A stretch of 64,000 nt of DNA from an uncultured Peptococcaceae bacterium (GCA_910585405.1 CAJUDO010000012.1:16105-80104); one strand, 5' to 3'; positions 39,149 to 49,938 are shown, counted from the stretch's first letter. Made by a program: numbers and translations. The notes: a model not told the origin generated them from the sequence alone.

Positions 39149-40234
39149 ATGACAAAAAAAAAGATAGGTTTATTATTTGGCGGGCGCTCAGGTGAACATG
39201 AGGTTTCCCTGACATCAGCAAGTACCATTGCCAATAACTTTGCGGCGGAGCAGTTTGAGGTAGTGCCGTTGTTGATCAGCAGGGATGGTCGTTGGTATGG
39301 TCCGATTGCACTGCAGGATATTGCGACAGCGACGGCGGAGCAGTATGGGGAGCAGGAAGTCATATTGGCGCCTCAGCCTGGAGGGCGCTTGTTATCTGCT
39401 GCCGATGGACGGGAAATCTGCTGTTTGGACGTGATGTTTCCTATTGTACACGGTACCTATGGAGAGGATGGGATTTTGCAGGGCTTGTTAGAACTGGTGG
39501 GCGTCCCTTATATAGGTGCAGGCGTTGCGGGGTCGGCAATTTGTATGGATAAAGTATTGATGCGCAAAATATTGGCCTATCATCATATTCCCCAGGTTGC
39601 TTTTACTACTGTGCTGCGCAGCCAAATTGAGCAGAATTTACCGCAGGCAATCATGCAGATAGAAGCGGCATTGGCCTATCCAGTATTTGTGAAGCCGGCC
39701 AATGGCGGTTCCAGTGTGGGCATCAGTAAGGCACGGGATAAGGAAGAATTGGCGCAGGCACTGAAATTGGCAGCATGTTATGACAGAAAGATTCTCATCG
39801 AGCAGGGTATCATTGCGCGGGAAATTGAAATTTCTGTTTTGGGAAATGAAGAGCCCAAGGTTTCCATGCCTGGGGAAATCTGCTCCAGCAATGAATTTTA
39901 TGATTATAAAGCGAAGTATATTGATAACAAATCGGTATCGGTGATCCCAGCACAGCTCCCTGAGGAAACGATAAAAAATATTCAGCAATTGGCTGTGGAG
40001 GCGTATAAGGTTTTGGATTGTGAAGGGTTCGCCCGTGTTGACTTTTTTGTGAGCAAAACAGACGGTCAGATTTACTTAAATGAGATCAACACACTGCCGG
40101 GATTTACGGACATCAGTATGTATCCTAAGATGTGGGAGGCAGCAGGCGTGCCGATGCAAGCCCTTTTGTGCCAACTGGTCGAATTGGCAGAGCAGCGTTT
40201 TCTGGAGCGCAGCAAGAACTCGGTGGAACGATAG
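39149..40234 (+). CDS. ddl: D-alanine--D-alanine ligase
   Basis: GGRSGEHEVS, HGTYGEDG, ATP-grasp LNEINTLPGFT. Confidence 0.9.
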   Translation: MTKKKIGLLFGGRSGEHEVSLTSASTIANNFAAEQFEVVPLLISRDGRWYGPIALQDIATATAEQYGEQEVILAPQPGGRLLSAADGREICCLDVMFPIVHGTYGEDGILQGLLELVGVPYIGAGVAGSAICMDKVLMRKILAYHHIPQVAFTTVLRSQIEQNLPQAIMQIEAALAYPVFVKPANGGSSVGISKARDKEELAQALKLAACYDRKILIEQGIIAREIEISVLGNEEPKVSMPGEICSSNEFYDYKAKYIDNKSVSVIPAQLPEETIKNIQQLAVEAYKVLDCEGFARVDFFVSKTDGQIYLNEINTLPGFTDISMYPKMWEAAGVPMQALLCQLVELAEQRFLERSKNSVER

Positions 40235-40269
40235 ATGGAATATAGCTTCTTTTTATCTGGGAAATTCTG

Positions 40270-40299
40270 TTGACAAGTATAAGAAGCGTATTCTATAAT
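40270..40299 (+). promoter_or_regulatory. Sigma-A-type promoter of recA (TTGACA-18 nt-TATAAT)
   Basis: Hexamers at 40270-40275 and 40294-40299. Confidence 0.55.
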
Positions 40300-40315
40300 A
40301 CAAACATATATTTGT
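40300..40315 (+). promoter_or_regulatory. Possible degenerate LexA (SOS) operator
   Basis: ACAAA-CATATA-TTTGT palindrome abutting the -10 box. It deviates from the CGAAC-N4-GTTCG consensus. Confidence 0.3.
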
Positions 40316-40371
40316 GGAAATTATTTTTTGATATAGGTGCATCGTGAATGAAATGATAACGGAGGATGATT

Positions 40372-41472
40372 ATGGCGGATAGCGGAAACAAAGTGCAGAA
40401 CAGGGGACAGGAGAAAGTGCAGAGCAAAGAAGAGGCTTTGGAAAATGCATTAAAGCGGATAGACAAACAGTTTGGCAAAGGTACATTGATGCGGCTGGGG
40501 GAACGGGAAAAGATCGAAATGGAGGTCATTCCCACTGGCTCCATTGCCCTGGATAGTGCATTGGGGGTAGGCGGTATTCCCAAAGGCAGAATTACTGAAA
40601 TTTACGGTCCGGAATCTTCCGGTAAAACAACAGTTGCACTGCATATTGTGGCAGAGTGTCAGAAAGAGGGCGGCATTGCAGCGTTTATTGACGCGGAGCA
40701 TGCGTTGGATCCTGTGTATGCCAAAAAGATTGGAGTAGATATAGACAACCTGCTGGTTTCTCAACCCGACTATGGAGAACAGGCGCTGGAGATTTGCGAT
40801 GAGCTAGCGCGCAGCGGCGCAGTGGACATCATCGTCGTGGATTCGGTGGCAGCATTGACGCCGCGGGCTGAAATTGAAGGAGATATGGGAGATACCCACG
40901 TAGGGTTATTGGCCCGTTTGATGTCGCAGGCATTACGTAAAATGACAGGTAATATCAGCAAAAACAACACAACCATGGTGTTTATCAATCAGGTGCGTGA
41001 AAAAATCGGCGTGATGTATGGAAATCCGGAAGTCACCACTGGCGGGAGAGCGTTAAAATTCTATTCTTCGGTGCGTATGGAAGTGCGCAAAGGTGAGGCG
41101 TTAAAGCGGGGGAGTGAAATCATTGGCAACCGCACCAAGGTGAAGGTGGTCAAGAATAAGGTTGCGCCGCCATTTAAAACGGTAGAGTTTGATATTATGT
41201 TCGGCGAAGGGATTTCCAATGAGGGCAGTATCATTGATGTAGGCGTAGAGTTAGAGATTATTCGCAAGAGCGGTGCATGGTATTCCTATGAAGGCGAAAA
41301 GATTGGCCAGGGTCGCGACAATGCCAAAGAATATTTAAAAGCCAATCCAGAAACGCGAGCGGAGATAGAGGAAAAAATCCGGCAACATTCTCAGGATATT
41401 GGCATGGTGGTGGAAGTGCAGGACGATGACGAAGATGAGCCTGTCAATGAGCTGTTCTTTGATGAAGAGTAG
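40372..41472 (+). CDS. recA: Recombinase RecA
   Basis: GPESSGKTT Walker A, full-length RecA similarity, acidic C-tail. Confidence 0.97.
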   Translation: MADSGNKVQNRGQEKVQSKEEALENALKRIDKQFGKGTLMRLGEREKIEMEVIPTGSIALDSALGVGGIPKGRITEIYGPESSGKTTVALHIVAECQKEGGIAAFIDAEHALDPVYAKKIGVDIDNLLVSQPDYGEQALEICDELARSGAVDIIVVDSVAALTPRAEIEGDMGDTHVGLLARLMSQALRKMTGNISKNNTTMVFINQVREKIGVMYGNPEVTTGGRALKFYSSVRMEVRKGEALKRGSEIIGNRTKVKVVKNKVAPPFKTVEFDIMFGEGISNEGSIIDVGVELEIIRKSGAWYSYEGEKIGQGRDNAKEYLKANPETRAEIEEKIRQHSQDIGMVVEVQDDDEDEPVNELFFDEE

Positions 41473-41497
41473 TGCAAAAAGGAGTTGCGGTAGATAG

Positions 41498-41992
41498 ATG
41501 GACACTTTGGAGCAGGCGAAGGAAACAGCGTTAAAGTATTTGACTGTGCGTCTGCGCACACGGCAGGAAGTAAAGCAATTGCTGCAAAAGAAGGGCTATA
41601 CGGCTGAGATTACGGCACAGGTGTTGGAATTTTTGGAGCGCTATCAGTATTTAGACGATGCTGTATATTGTCGCAGCTGGATTTCTGACCGGGTGCGTTT
41701 TCATCCGTGCGGCCGTCAGAAGATGGCCTTTGAGTTGTCAAAAAAAATCAACGACCGGCAGTTGATTGCCGAAAATTTGGAAACCTACTTTCCTCGAGAG
41801 CTAGAGATAGAGAGCGCGGTTGCCGCAGCACAAAAAAAAATTGCGGGCAGCAGCCAGGGCATTGGCAGAGAAAAATTGAGCCGTTTTCTTTACAGCAAAG
41901 GCTATGGCGGCAGTGTAATCAGGGCAGTATTTCAAGAGGACGAGATTCTTGCTTTGCTGGATGCCCCAGCGGAATGCTATGATGAAAATTGA
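41498..41992 (+). CDS. recX: RecA regulator RecX
   Basis: Three-repeat helical protein. ALKYLTVRLRTRQEV motif. Downstream of recA. Confidence 0.85.
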   Translation: MDTLEQAKETALKYLTVRLRTRQEVKQLLQKKGYTAEITAQVLEFLERYQYLDDAVYCRSWISDRVRFHPCGRQKMAFELSKKINDRQLIAENLETYFPRELEIESAVAAAQKKIAGSSQGIGREKLSRFLYSKGYGGSVIRAVFQEDEILALLDAPAECYDEN

Positions 41993-42019
41993 ATAAAGAT
42001 TGCCTGGATTCAGATATGG

Positions 42020-42081
42020 GCTGTCTCTTCTTTTCCTTTTTACAAACTGTATGGTGAAAGGAAAAGTGGGACAGCTTTTTT
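42020..42081 (+). terminator. Intrinsic terminator after recX
   Basis: GCTGTC..CTTTTCCTT / AAGGAAAAG..GACAGC long stem followed by T6. Confidence 0.7.
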
Positions 42082-42157
42082 GTATTTCTGTCCGGGATAT
42101 GCTATAATAAGGCAATCATTTATCAGAAATTTCAGTTATGTAACGGGGGCAGACACG

Positions 42158-45100
42158 ATGCTGACACAGATGATCACAGAAACCTTATTGGGCGCACTGA
42201 CAGGGTATGTGACCAATCACACGGCAATTCGCAGTTTATTTCAGCCGGGCGGTGTGATTGAGCATACGCGGGATGATTTTGCCAAAGAGGCAGGCGAGCT
42301 GCTGGAAGAACAGGTATTGACCCAAGCGGTATTAAAACAGCAGTTAGAATTGCCGCAAATGCAGCAAGCCCTGAATGATGCTTTGGAGGATTTTTGGCTG
42401 CGGGCGCTGCCGCAGTCCTTTGCCGGCAAAACACTGGGGGATTTGCCGGACTATGACGAGTGTATGAAAACGGTGCAGAAGCTTGTTGTACAATTTGCAG
42501 AGCAAGAGCGGGAAAGGATTTTGCTCTGGCTGAAAACTTATTTACCGGTGCAGGAAATTTTTACGGAAGCCCAGTGTCAACAACTGAGCGGGCAGATGGA
42601 AACACTGCTGCTGGAAACGGTACAGCAGGAGGATTTGGCGGTGCGTTTTTTGGACGCGTGGAAGCAGGAGAAGGGCGCACAAACTTTGGAGGAATTAGGT
42701 CTCAGGGATTTGTGCAGTAGTTTGGTCAAGCAGGCGGCGCAGCAGGGCAAAGAGTGGAAGGTTCAGTTGCTGCAGCAGCATGAGACAGAGCTGAAGGCGC
42801 TGCTGCTGGAGACCATTCAAAAAATACAGCTCCACTCTGTACTCTCTCAGCTGGATGAACAAATGGCGCAGTATACGCTGCGGCAATATCTCCATTGTGA
42901 CGAAGAAACGCTGTCGCGACTGCTGTATGAGGCTGCGGGCAGTGAAGCAGGGCAGCAATTGCTGAAGGTTGTTGCCGATGAATTGGTGAAGGCATTGGCA
43001 ACGGTGGATGCGCCCATCGGGGAAGTGATTCCTGAAGATCTTCTCACTGGCATTGCCCAGCTGCTGGAACAACAAATGCCCGTGATATTGGAAAGCCTGT
43101 TGGAGTGGCTGCAGGGAGAAGCGCAGGCGGTAGCTGCTATGCTGGAATCGGCAGTAAATGAAGTAGCCGCGGAGCTGGGCGGCATGAAAGGCATGCTGTT
43201 GGCACAGTTGAAGGAGAGCTTGCTGGAACAGGTTTTGCAGGAGACAAATCTGGGCGACTTGGTGCAGCAATTTCTGCTGACACCGCAAACCACAAAAGAG
43301 GCTGCGGCTTTGCTGACAGCGACAATCAAAGAGCAGCTGACTATATATCCTGTAGGAGCTTTAGTGCAGCGCATGAACGGCAATGGGCAACTGGCACAGG
43401 TTGTGCAGCTTTTCCTCACGAAAAATATACAGCGTCTGCTTTCTGGGCGGAGCGCCGCTTTTCTGCAGTCCATATTGGCATGGCAGCCAGGCTCCTTTCA
43501 TTTGACGGAACGAAAAACAGAACTAGAGCATTGGCTCACGGAGATACTCTGGCAGGGGATGGTGCAGCTGGACGTAGAAGCGCTGTTAAAGGACAAGGGA
43601 GATTGGCTTTGCCAAGTGCCGGCTTCTCAATTGCTGCCGTGGGAGGATGAACAGGTTCGCGCTGGGGTGAACGGCGCAATCCGGCAGGGATGCAAGCATC
43701 TTGCTGAGACACTGCCGCAAATTTCCTCCGATGCGTTCTATCGGCCATTGTATCATGCTTTGGAGCAGGCTTTGCGGCAACGAGGTACAGCATGGCTGGC
43801 GCATTGGACATCTTCCTGCCCGATGGAGCAGATATTGGTAGCACTGCAGGGAGAGCTGCTGGCACAAAAGCCGCAAATGGTTCAAGGATTGACGCAGCTA
43901 GGAATGGAATTGCTGGAAGGACGTCTGAGTAAGCTGGCGGAAGGGCAAATTCAGAAGCTGAGCAATGAGGACATGCGCAAGCTGGTGGAGGATTTTATGG
44001 GCAGGGAGCTGCAGCCTTTGAACTATCTGGGTGCTGGAATGGGGGCTGTGGCTGGTATGACAGTGGGAACGACAATGTCCGCTGCATTGCCGATAACTGC
44101 TGCCGCTGCGCCTGCAGTGCTTTTAGGCGCTTTGGCAGGGAAGTCCTTTTTATTTGGCGCAGTGGGCTATGGGACCAACTGTGCGGCGGTAAAGGGTTTG
44201 TTCTGGCCTTATGAGCCGGTGGGCGGTATGGAAATGCTACAAGGTGTGATTCCAAAGCAAAAGGCGAGATTTGCACACAGTATGGGCAATCTGGTGGAGC
44301 GCTATGTGCTCAATGAGGAGATTTTGCAGCAGAAACTGGAGTACAGTGAAAAAATTCTCTCAGCCAACATCAAACAGCTGGCGGAGAACGAAAAAGTCTG
44401 GCAGTCTTTTATGGCTGAGGTGGTGCACAGACGCAGAGTGCTTGTGCGAGCTTGCTTGGCACAGCTGGAGAAACAAAGCCTGTCAAAATATGACGAGGTA
44501 CTGTTGCATTTGGGCAGCCAGCCCTTTGCTTTTCTGCGCAATGATCTCTGGAAAACGGTGCAGCTGGAAAACTATCTTTTGCCGTGGGCAGAGCGATGGT
44601 TGCAGAGACAGCTGCATGGCGAGATTCCGCTGAACGCAATTTTATCTGACGAACAATTTGGCCGGTATGGGGTGCAATGGCTGGGTGGACAGCGTGTGCC
44701 GGATGTGTGCCGGTGGGCTGATACGCTACTGCACAGTGAAAAAAGTGTGGTGCAGCTGTTGACGCAGGAAAAGCTGCAGAGTTATGCGGAAACGATACAG
44801 GATAGAGTGCACAGCTGGTTGAGTGAACCTGCTCACGGCGGGGCGTTGGCACAGCAGCTGAGCCAATTTTTTACGGTAGAACGACTGAAGCAATGGCTGG
44901 AAAGATACAGCAGTGCATGGCTGGAAACGAATCTGTCCGGTTTGCTTGTGCTGGTGGAACAGACCTGCTTGAAGCTGGTCCGGCAAAAAGAGCGTGACAT
45001 TGTGGAACGTGTCCAGCGTGCCATTTTTTCCAAGATGGGCTTTATGCAGCAGATGGGCTACAGTATGATGGGTGGAGATGAGATTGTTGCCCAGGTAGTG

Positions 45101-46018
45101 GCGCGCATTTTGCATCAGAAATTGCCTATCTTTTTGTCGCTGAAGAGTAAGGAGTTGCAACAGCTGCTTGCGCGCTGCTGGCAGCAGACACTTTTTCCAG
45201 CACTGTTGGAGAGTCCTGTGAAGCAGGAGCACATTGGAATATTGCTATACACCCTTTTGCGGCAGCCGGCAGTGCATCGGGGCATGGCTGACATTGCCAA
45301 GGAGAGCATTCTTATTCTGGCGCAGCAGCCGCTGAACAGCTGGGGGAGATGGCTCAATCCAGAGCCGCTTTTAGAGAAGGCACAGCTGCAATTGGGGTTT
45401 CAGTGGAAGCTGAACAGCAGCTTGGCAGTACAGCACTGGCAGCCGCTCTTGCAGGATTTCTATAGGGAAACCATCGGAAAGACTACTTTGGAACAGCTTA
45501 CCAGAGACTTTCATGGAACAGTGCCCTTGGCCCAAATCCTGCAGCATGATGCCCTTGCCGAAAATTTGCGCAGCGCCCAGCTGAGATTGCAGGAAAACAT
45601 GGCCATTACCCGTCCCCAGCAGTGGCTGTGCTGGACGGAGTTTACAGAAGCCTTAGGACAGGCTCTTCAGGGATTGGAGGAAGACCAATCCTTCCGAGGC
45701 TGGTGCCAATATGAAGGAGAAACGTTGCTGGTTCGATTGTCTGCTGACTGGCCCAATCTGCTGCCGTCCAAGACCAGAGAGGCGCTGATGGATGTTTTGC
45801 TGCAAGCGTTCTTTGCTGCGGCCAGAGCCCATGGCAAGGACCTCTTGTCAGCGATGGAGCTGTCCCAATTGGCAGAAAGACAATTGCTATTGATGGACAG
45901 TGCGCATTTAGAACAGGTGGTGCGGGGATTTGCCAGTCAATATTTGACCCATATTGAGAATCGCGGTTGGCTGGGTGCGGTATTTGCGCTGCCTGGGATG
46001 CTGCTTTACTTGCTATAA
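42158..46018 (+). CDS. Giant (about 1286 aa) DUF445-like protein with Q/L-rich helical expansions
   Basis: Two DUF445/YheB-like segments (GALTGYVTNHTAIRSLFQP, and GAVGYGTNCAAVKGLFWPYEP...GVIPKQKARFAHSMGNLV). C-terminal LTHIENRGWLGAVFALPG. Confidence 0.65.
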   Translation: MLTQMITETLLGALTGYVTNHTAIRSLFQPGGVIEHTRDDFAKEAGELLEEQVLTQAVLKQQLELPQMQQALNDALEDFWLRALPQSFAGKTLGDLPDYDECMKTVQKLVVQFAEQERERILLWLKTYLPVQEIFTEAQCQQLSGQMETLLLETVQQEDLAVRFLDAWKQEKGAQTLEELGLRDLCSSLVKQAAQQGKEWKVQLLQQHETELKALLLETIQKIQLHSVLSQLDEQMAQYTLRQYLHCDEETLSRLLYEAAGSEAGQQLLKVVADELVKALATVDAPIGEVIPEDLLTGIAQLLEQQMPVILESLLEWLQGEAQAVAAMLESAVNEVAAELGGMKGMLLAQLKESLLEQVLQETNLGDLVQQFLLTPQTTKEAAALLTATIKEQLTIYPVGALVQRMNGNGQLAQVVQLFLTKNIQRLLSGRSAAFLQSILAWQPGSFHLTERKTELEHWLTEILWQGMVQLDVEALLKDKGDWLCQVPASQLLPWEDEQVRAGVNGAIRQGCKHLAETLPQISSDAFYRPLYHALEQALRQRGTAWLAHWTSSCPMEQILVALQGELLAQKPQMVQGLTQLGMELLEGRLSKLAEGQIQKLSNEDMRKLVEDFMGRELQPLNYLGAGMGAVAGMTVGTTMSAALPITAAAAPAVLLGALAGKSFLFGAVGYGTNCAAVKGLFWPYEPVGGMEMLQGVIPKQKARFAHSMGNLVERYVLNEEILQQKLEYSEKILSANIKQLAENEKVWQSFMAEVVHRRRVLVRACLAQLEKQSLSKYDEVLLHLGSQPFAFLRNDLWKTVQLENYLLPWAERWLQRQLHGEIPLNAILSDEQFGRYGVQWLGGQRVPDVCRWADTLLHSEKSVVQLLTQEKLQSYAETIQDRVHSWLSEPAHGGALAQQLSQFFTVERLKQWLERYSSAWLETNLSGLLVLVEQTCLKLVRQKERDIVERVQRAIFSKMGFMQQMGYSMMGGDEIVAQVVARILHQKLPIFLSLKSKELQQLLARCWQQTLFPALLESPVKQEHIGILLYTLLRQPAVHRGMADIAKESILILAQQPLNSWGRWLNPEPLLEKAQLQLGFQWKLNSSLAVQHWQPLLQDFYRETIGKTTLEQLTRDFHGTVPLAQILQHDALAENLRSAQLRLQENMAITRPQQWLCWTEFTEALGQALQGLEEDQSFRGWCQYEGETLLVRLSADWPNLLPSKTREALMDVLLQAFFAAARAHGKDLLSAMELSQLAERQLLLMDSAHLEQVVRGFASQYLTHIENRGWLGAVFALPGMLLYLL

Positions 46019-46045
46019 ATTTTTGCGGAAAATGAGGTGTTTGGG

Positions 46046-47206
46046 ATGCGCATCTTCCATATGGCGGATTTGCATATTGGAAAAAAGCTGAATCAGGTTT
46101 CTTTGCTGCCGGACCAACAGCATCTGTTGCAGCAGGTAGTGGCCTTGATTCAGCAGCGAAGGCCGGACGTATTGTTGCTGGCAGGAGATATTTATGACCG
46201 GCGCAGTCCGGCAGTGGAGGCGGTACAGCTTTTGGACAGCTTCCTTTCGGAGGTGGTGCTGCGCTGTCATGTGCCGGTGATTGCCATCAGCGGAAACCAT
46301 GACAGTGGGGAACGTTTGGGATTTGCCCAGGGACTGTTGTCTCAGGCTGGTTTTTACATTGCAGGGCGGTGTACAGTGCCGCTGCCACAGGTGACATTGC
46401 AGGACCAATGGGGACTGGTAGTATTCCATCAGCTTCCCTATGCAGATTTAGCCACCTTGAAATATATATTGCAAACGGAGGAAGCAATCAATTATGAAGA
46501 GGCTATAGAGCGATTGTTGCAAACTTTGGAGCTGGAGCGAACGGAAGGAACACGGCATGTGCTTTTGGCTCACGGCGTTGTAGCTGGCAACGACGGAGAA
46601 AATTTGGAGCGCTGTGACTCGGAACGGGAATTGAGCATTGGCGGGACAGAGTTTTGGAGCAGCAGCTTACTAAGCGGATTTAGTTATGTGGCGCTGGGGC
46701 ATCTGCATAGCTGCCAGCGCAGCGGCAGCGAACGGATTCGCTATGCCGGTTCCCCTTTCAAATACTCTTTTTCTGAGGAACGGCAGCAGAAAGGCTTGCT
46801 GCAAATTGATTTGGACGGTGCAGGCGATATCGAGGTAACCCAGCTGCCGCTGACGCCACTGCGGGATTTGCGCACCATTCGCGGCAATTTGCAGGACCTT
46901 TTGCAGGATGATATAGTGCAGGCAGCCAATGCCGCAGATTATATTCGGGCGATTTTGACTGATTATGGAGAATTATTGGAGCCAATGGCGCAATTGAAAG
47001 AAAAATATCCCAATACGCTTACCTTAGAGCGAGAGCACCAATTGTTGTCTGAGCCTATGGAGAATTACGAGAAAATTGACTTGCAAAGACAAACGCCAGA
47101 ACAGCTATTTGGCAATTTTTATCGGCAGATAACAGGATCGGATATCACAGAGGATGAACTGTCGGTACTGACAGCAGCTTTTCAAGCATTGCGGGAGGTG
47201 GAGTGA
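46046..47206 (+). CDS. sbcD: Exonuclease SbcD (Mre11-like)
   Basis: MRIFHMADLHIG, GDIYD, SGNHD, GHLH phosphoesterase motifs. Confidence 0.9.
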   Translation: MRIFHMADLHIGKKLNQVSLLPDQQHLLQQVVALIQQRRPDVLLLAGDIYDRRSPAVEAVQLLDSFLSEVVLRCHVPVIAISGNHDSGERLGFAQGLLSQAGFYIAGRCTVPLPQVTLQDQWGLVVFHQLPYADLATLKYILQTEEAINYEEAIERLLQTLELERTEGTRHVLLAHGVVAGNDGENLERCDSERELSIGGTEFWSSSLLSGFSYVALGHLHSCQRSGSERIRYAGSPFKYSFSEERQQKGLLQIDLDGAGDIEVTQLPLTPLRDLRTIRGNLQDLLQDDIVQAANAADYIRAILTDYGELLEPMAQLKEKYPNTLTLEREHQLLSEPMENYEKIDLQRQTPEQLFGNFYRQITGSDITEDELSVLTAAFQALREVE

Positions 47207-49903
47207 ATGCGGCCGTTACAGCTATCCATGCAGGCCTTTGGGCCTTATGCGCAGCGGGTAGAATTGGATTTTACCCAGCTGGGCGACCAGAATATTTTTG
47301 TCATTGCCGGACCTACCGGCGCCGGAAAAACTACAATTTTTGATGGGATGTGCTATGCACTGTACGGAAGGGCTACCGGTGAACGCAGCGAAAAAGGTCT
47401 GCGCAGCGATTTTGTGCAGGAGGAAGAACGAAGAATTACAGAAGTGTGCTTTCGTTTTGCTGTGCGGGATAAGGTGTACGAGATTTACCGTCGACCGGCA
47501 CAGCGCTTGCCCAAGGAGCGGGGACAGGGATTTAAAGATGGCGTGCATGAGGCAACGCTGCGCTGCATAGGACATGAAGAGTTTGCACCGCTAAGCCGGT
47601 TGAATGAGGTAGCGGAGAAAATACAGGAAATCTTAGGCTTGGACTATGAGCAGTTTCGCAAAATTGTGATGATTCCTCAGGGGGAATTTCGGCGCTTTCT
47701 CACAGCGCCTACCGGGGAGAAACAGCAGATTTTACGCCAATTGTTCGGGACAGAGCTGTTTGAGCGTCTGCAGAAAGAGTTGGCTGATCATGGCCGACAA
47801 CTGGAGCGGCAATATAAAGAGCGGAAAAATCAGTTGGCGTTGGAGTTTAAGCGGATTCATCTCAATGGGAATCAGGAGCTGGAGCAGGCAATTCAGAATG
47901 GCAATACAGAGAATATTCTGACAGTGCTGGAACAGCATTTGGCTCAAAGAAGTATACAACTGGCGGAGCAGGAAGCACAAAACGATGTTTGGACAGCACA
48001 GCAGGAAAGGCTGCAGCGAGAATTGGAAAAGGCGGGAAAGCTGCAGGAACAATTTTCTCAGCTGGCTGATAAGCGGCGGTGGCAAGAAGATTTGCTGCGG
48101 CAAAAGTCAGCCATGGAGGACAAGCAGCGCTTGCTGGATGGGGCGGAGCAGGCAAGCCGGCTGGAGCCTTTGGCTGAGAGCTGTAAACAGCAGGAGCAGC
48201 AAATGGACAGGCAAAAAAAAGACTTTCTGCAGCAGCAAAAAAAAATGCAGCAGATGGAGCAGCGTCGAGAAAAAAATCAACAGCAGGTGCAGGCGGCAGA
48301 CCAATTGACAGAGCTGCAGGAACGTTTGACAGCGGCACAAGAAAATAGAGAAACATTATTAAAACAATACAATGGGATTAATCGATATCTTGAATCATTA
48401 AAAAAATATCAGGTACAACAAAAACAATTACAGGAGCTTCAGCAAGCGGTTGAAACACAACAACAGCATATTCACCAATTGCGCCAAAAACAGCGTCAAT
48501 TTTTGGGTGCTTCCCTGGCGGCTGATTTACAAGAAGGGATGCCGTGTCCTGTATGCGGTGCCACTCATCATCCTGCACTGAATAAAGAACGTGGCATTGG
48601 CGTGGCAGACAGTGTGCTCCAACAGGCAGAGGATAAGCTGGAAGTGCTGCGTAAGCAGTATCAAGAAAGCTTAAGTGACGCCTCTATTGTAAAGGGACAG
48701 CTGGAGCAACGGCAGCAAACACTAGAAGAAGAATTGGGCCCTCATTCCACTGCGGAGTGGATGGAGCGCAAGAAAGAAATTTATAACGAAGGCATTGCGC
48801 TGAAGGCGCAAATAGAAGAAAGGCAGAAGGAACAGCAGCAGTGTTTGTTAATGTTGGGCTGGAAAATGCTGCCTGACGATTGGAAAGTACAAATCGTACA
48901 GTTGCGGCAGCAGATAGAGCAGGCGCAGCGAGAATATCATACCCTGGCAGGAGGGCTGAAGGCTTCCGAGCAGCATCTGGCACAAATGCAGGAGCAGTTG
49001 AAAGGACAGCAGGCAGTATGGCAGGAAGCATGGCAGAAGCATTTCCCCAGCGAGAACGCATATCAGCGGGCGCGGCAATCCTTGGAGCAAATGGCAGGCC
49101 TGCGGGAGCAGTGCAGCAATTACAATGCTGCCGTGAAGACCGCAGCGGAGGAAATCGCAGCATATGAATTGGCGTTGCGAGGAAAGCAGCCTGTTGAGAT
49201 AGAAAAACTGCAAAGTCAATTGAAAAAACTATCTGGCGAGATAGAAAACGGGACAAAAGCGTATCAAAAATTATCCTTGGAGCAAGAGCAGGACGGTCAA
49301 ATTTTGGCGGAGGGGAAGGCTGCTATGACTGCAATGCAGGATTTAGCGCAGCAATATACCATGGTACAGCGGCTGGCCAAATTGGCCAACGGAGAAAATG
49401 ACTGGCGTATGTCCTTTGAAACCTATGTCTTGGTCACCTATTTTCTGCAAGTGTTGGAGCAGGCTAATCGGCGGTTGCTGAAGATGACAGGCGGCAGGTA
49501 TTATTTTCTGCGGCATTGCGAAGCGGAGGACAAGCGCAAAGCAGCAGGATTGGATTTGGATATCATGGACAACTTTACAGGCCGCTCCCGCGCCGTATCC
49601 TCTCTGTCAGGCGGGGAAGGCTTCAAGGCGTCGTTGGCCCTGGCGCTGGGCTTGTCGGATGTGGTGCAGAGCACCAGCGGTGGGATAGAGCTAAACACCA
49701 TTTTTATTGATGAAGGTTTTGGGACCTTGGACCACGACTCTCTGGAAAACACCATCGGCTGTCTTTTGGAATTGCAGCAGCACGGACGGCTGGTAGGCGT
49801 TATTTCCCATGTGGCAGAATTAAAAGAGCAAATCCCTGCATGGCTGGTCGTGGAAAGCAGCGAAAAAGGCAGCAACGCCTATTTTCAGCTGCGGGAAGCA
49901 TGA
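47207..49903 (+). CDS. sbcC: Exonuclease SbcC (Rad50-like ATPase)
   Basis: Walker A GPTGAGKTT, long coiled coil with a CPVCG zinc hook, signature LSGGE, Walker B IFIDEGFG. Confidence 0.9.
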   Translation: MRPLQLSMQAFGPYAQRVELDFTQLGDQNIFVIAGPTGAGKTTIFDGMCYALYGRATGERSEKGLRSDFVQEEERRITEVCFRFAVRDKVYEIYRRPAQRLPKERGQGFKDGVHEATLRCIGHEEFAPLSRLNEVAEKIQEILGLDYEQFRKIVMIPQGEFRRFLTAPTGEKQQILRQLFGTELFERLQKELADHGRQLERQYKERKNQLALEFKRIHLNGNQELEQAIQNGNTENILTVLEQHLAQRSIQLAEQEAQNDVWTAQQERLQRELEKAGKLQEQFSQLADKRRWQEDLLRQKSAMEDKQRLLDGAEQASRLEPLAESCKQQEQQMDRQKKDFLQQQKKMQQMEQRREKNQQQVQAADQLTELQERLTAAQENRETLLKQYNGINRYLESLKKYQVQQKQLQELQQAVETQQQHIHQLRQKQRQFLGASLAADLQEGMPCPVCGATHHPALNKERGIGVADSVLQQAEDKLEVLRKQYQESLSDASIVKGQLEQRQQTLEEELGPHSTAEWMERKKEIYNEGIALKAQIEERQKEQQQCLLMLGWKMLPDDWKVQIVQLRQQIEQAQREYHTLAGGLKASEQHLAQMQEQLKGQQAVWQEAWQKHFPSENAYQRARQSLEQMAGLREQCSNYNAAVKTAAEEIAAYELALRGKQPVEIEKLQSQLKKLSGEIENGTKAYQKLSLEQEQDGQILAEGKAAMTAMQDLAQQYTMVQRLAKLANGENDWRMSFETYVLVTYFLQVLEQANRRLLKMTGGRYYFLRHCEAEDKRKAAGLDLDIMDNFTGRSRAVSSLSGGEGFKASLALALGLSDVVQSTSGGIELNTIFIDEGFGTLDHDSLENTIGCLLELQQHGRLVGVISHVAELKEQIPAWLVVESSEKGSNAYFQLREA

Positions 49904-49938
49904 ATGCAACCTGATGGTCTGCGGAAGAAGGAGAAAAA

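Noticed and set aside
42174-45357. Numerous 60-208-aa ORFs on both strands within the giant DUF445-like gene.
   Set aside because: CAG/CTG-rich (Q/L) coding sequence keeps several frames open. The translations are Q/L/A/P-rich low-complexity sequence without starts backed by an RBS.
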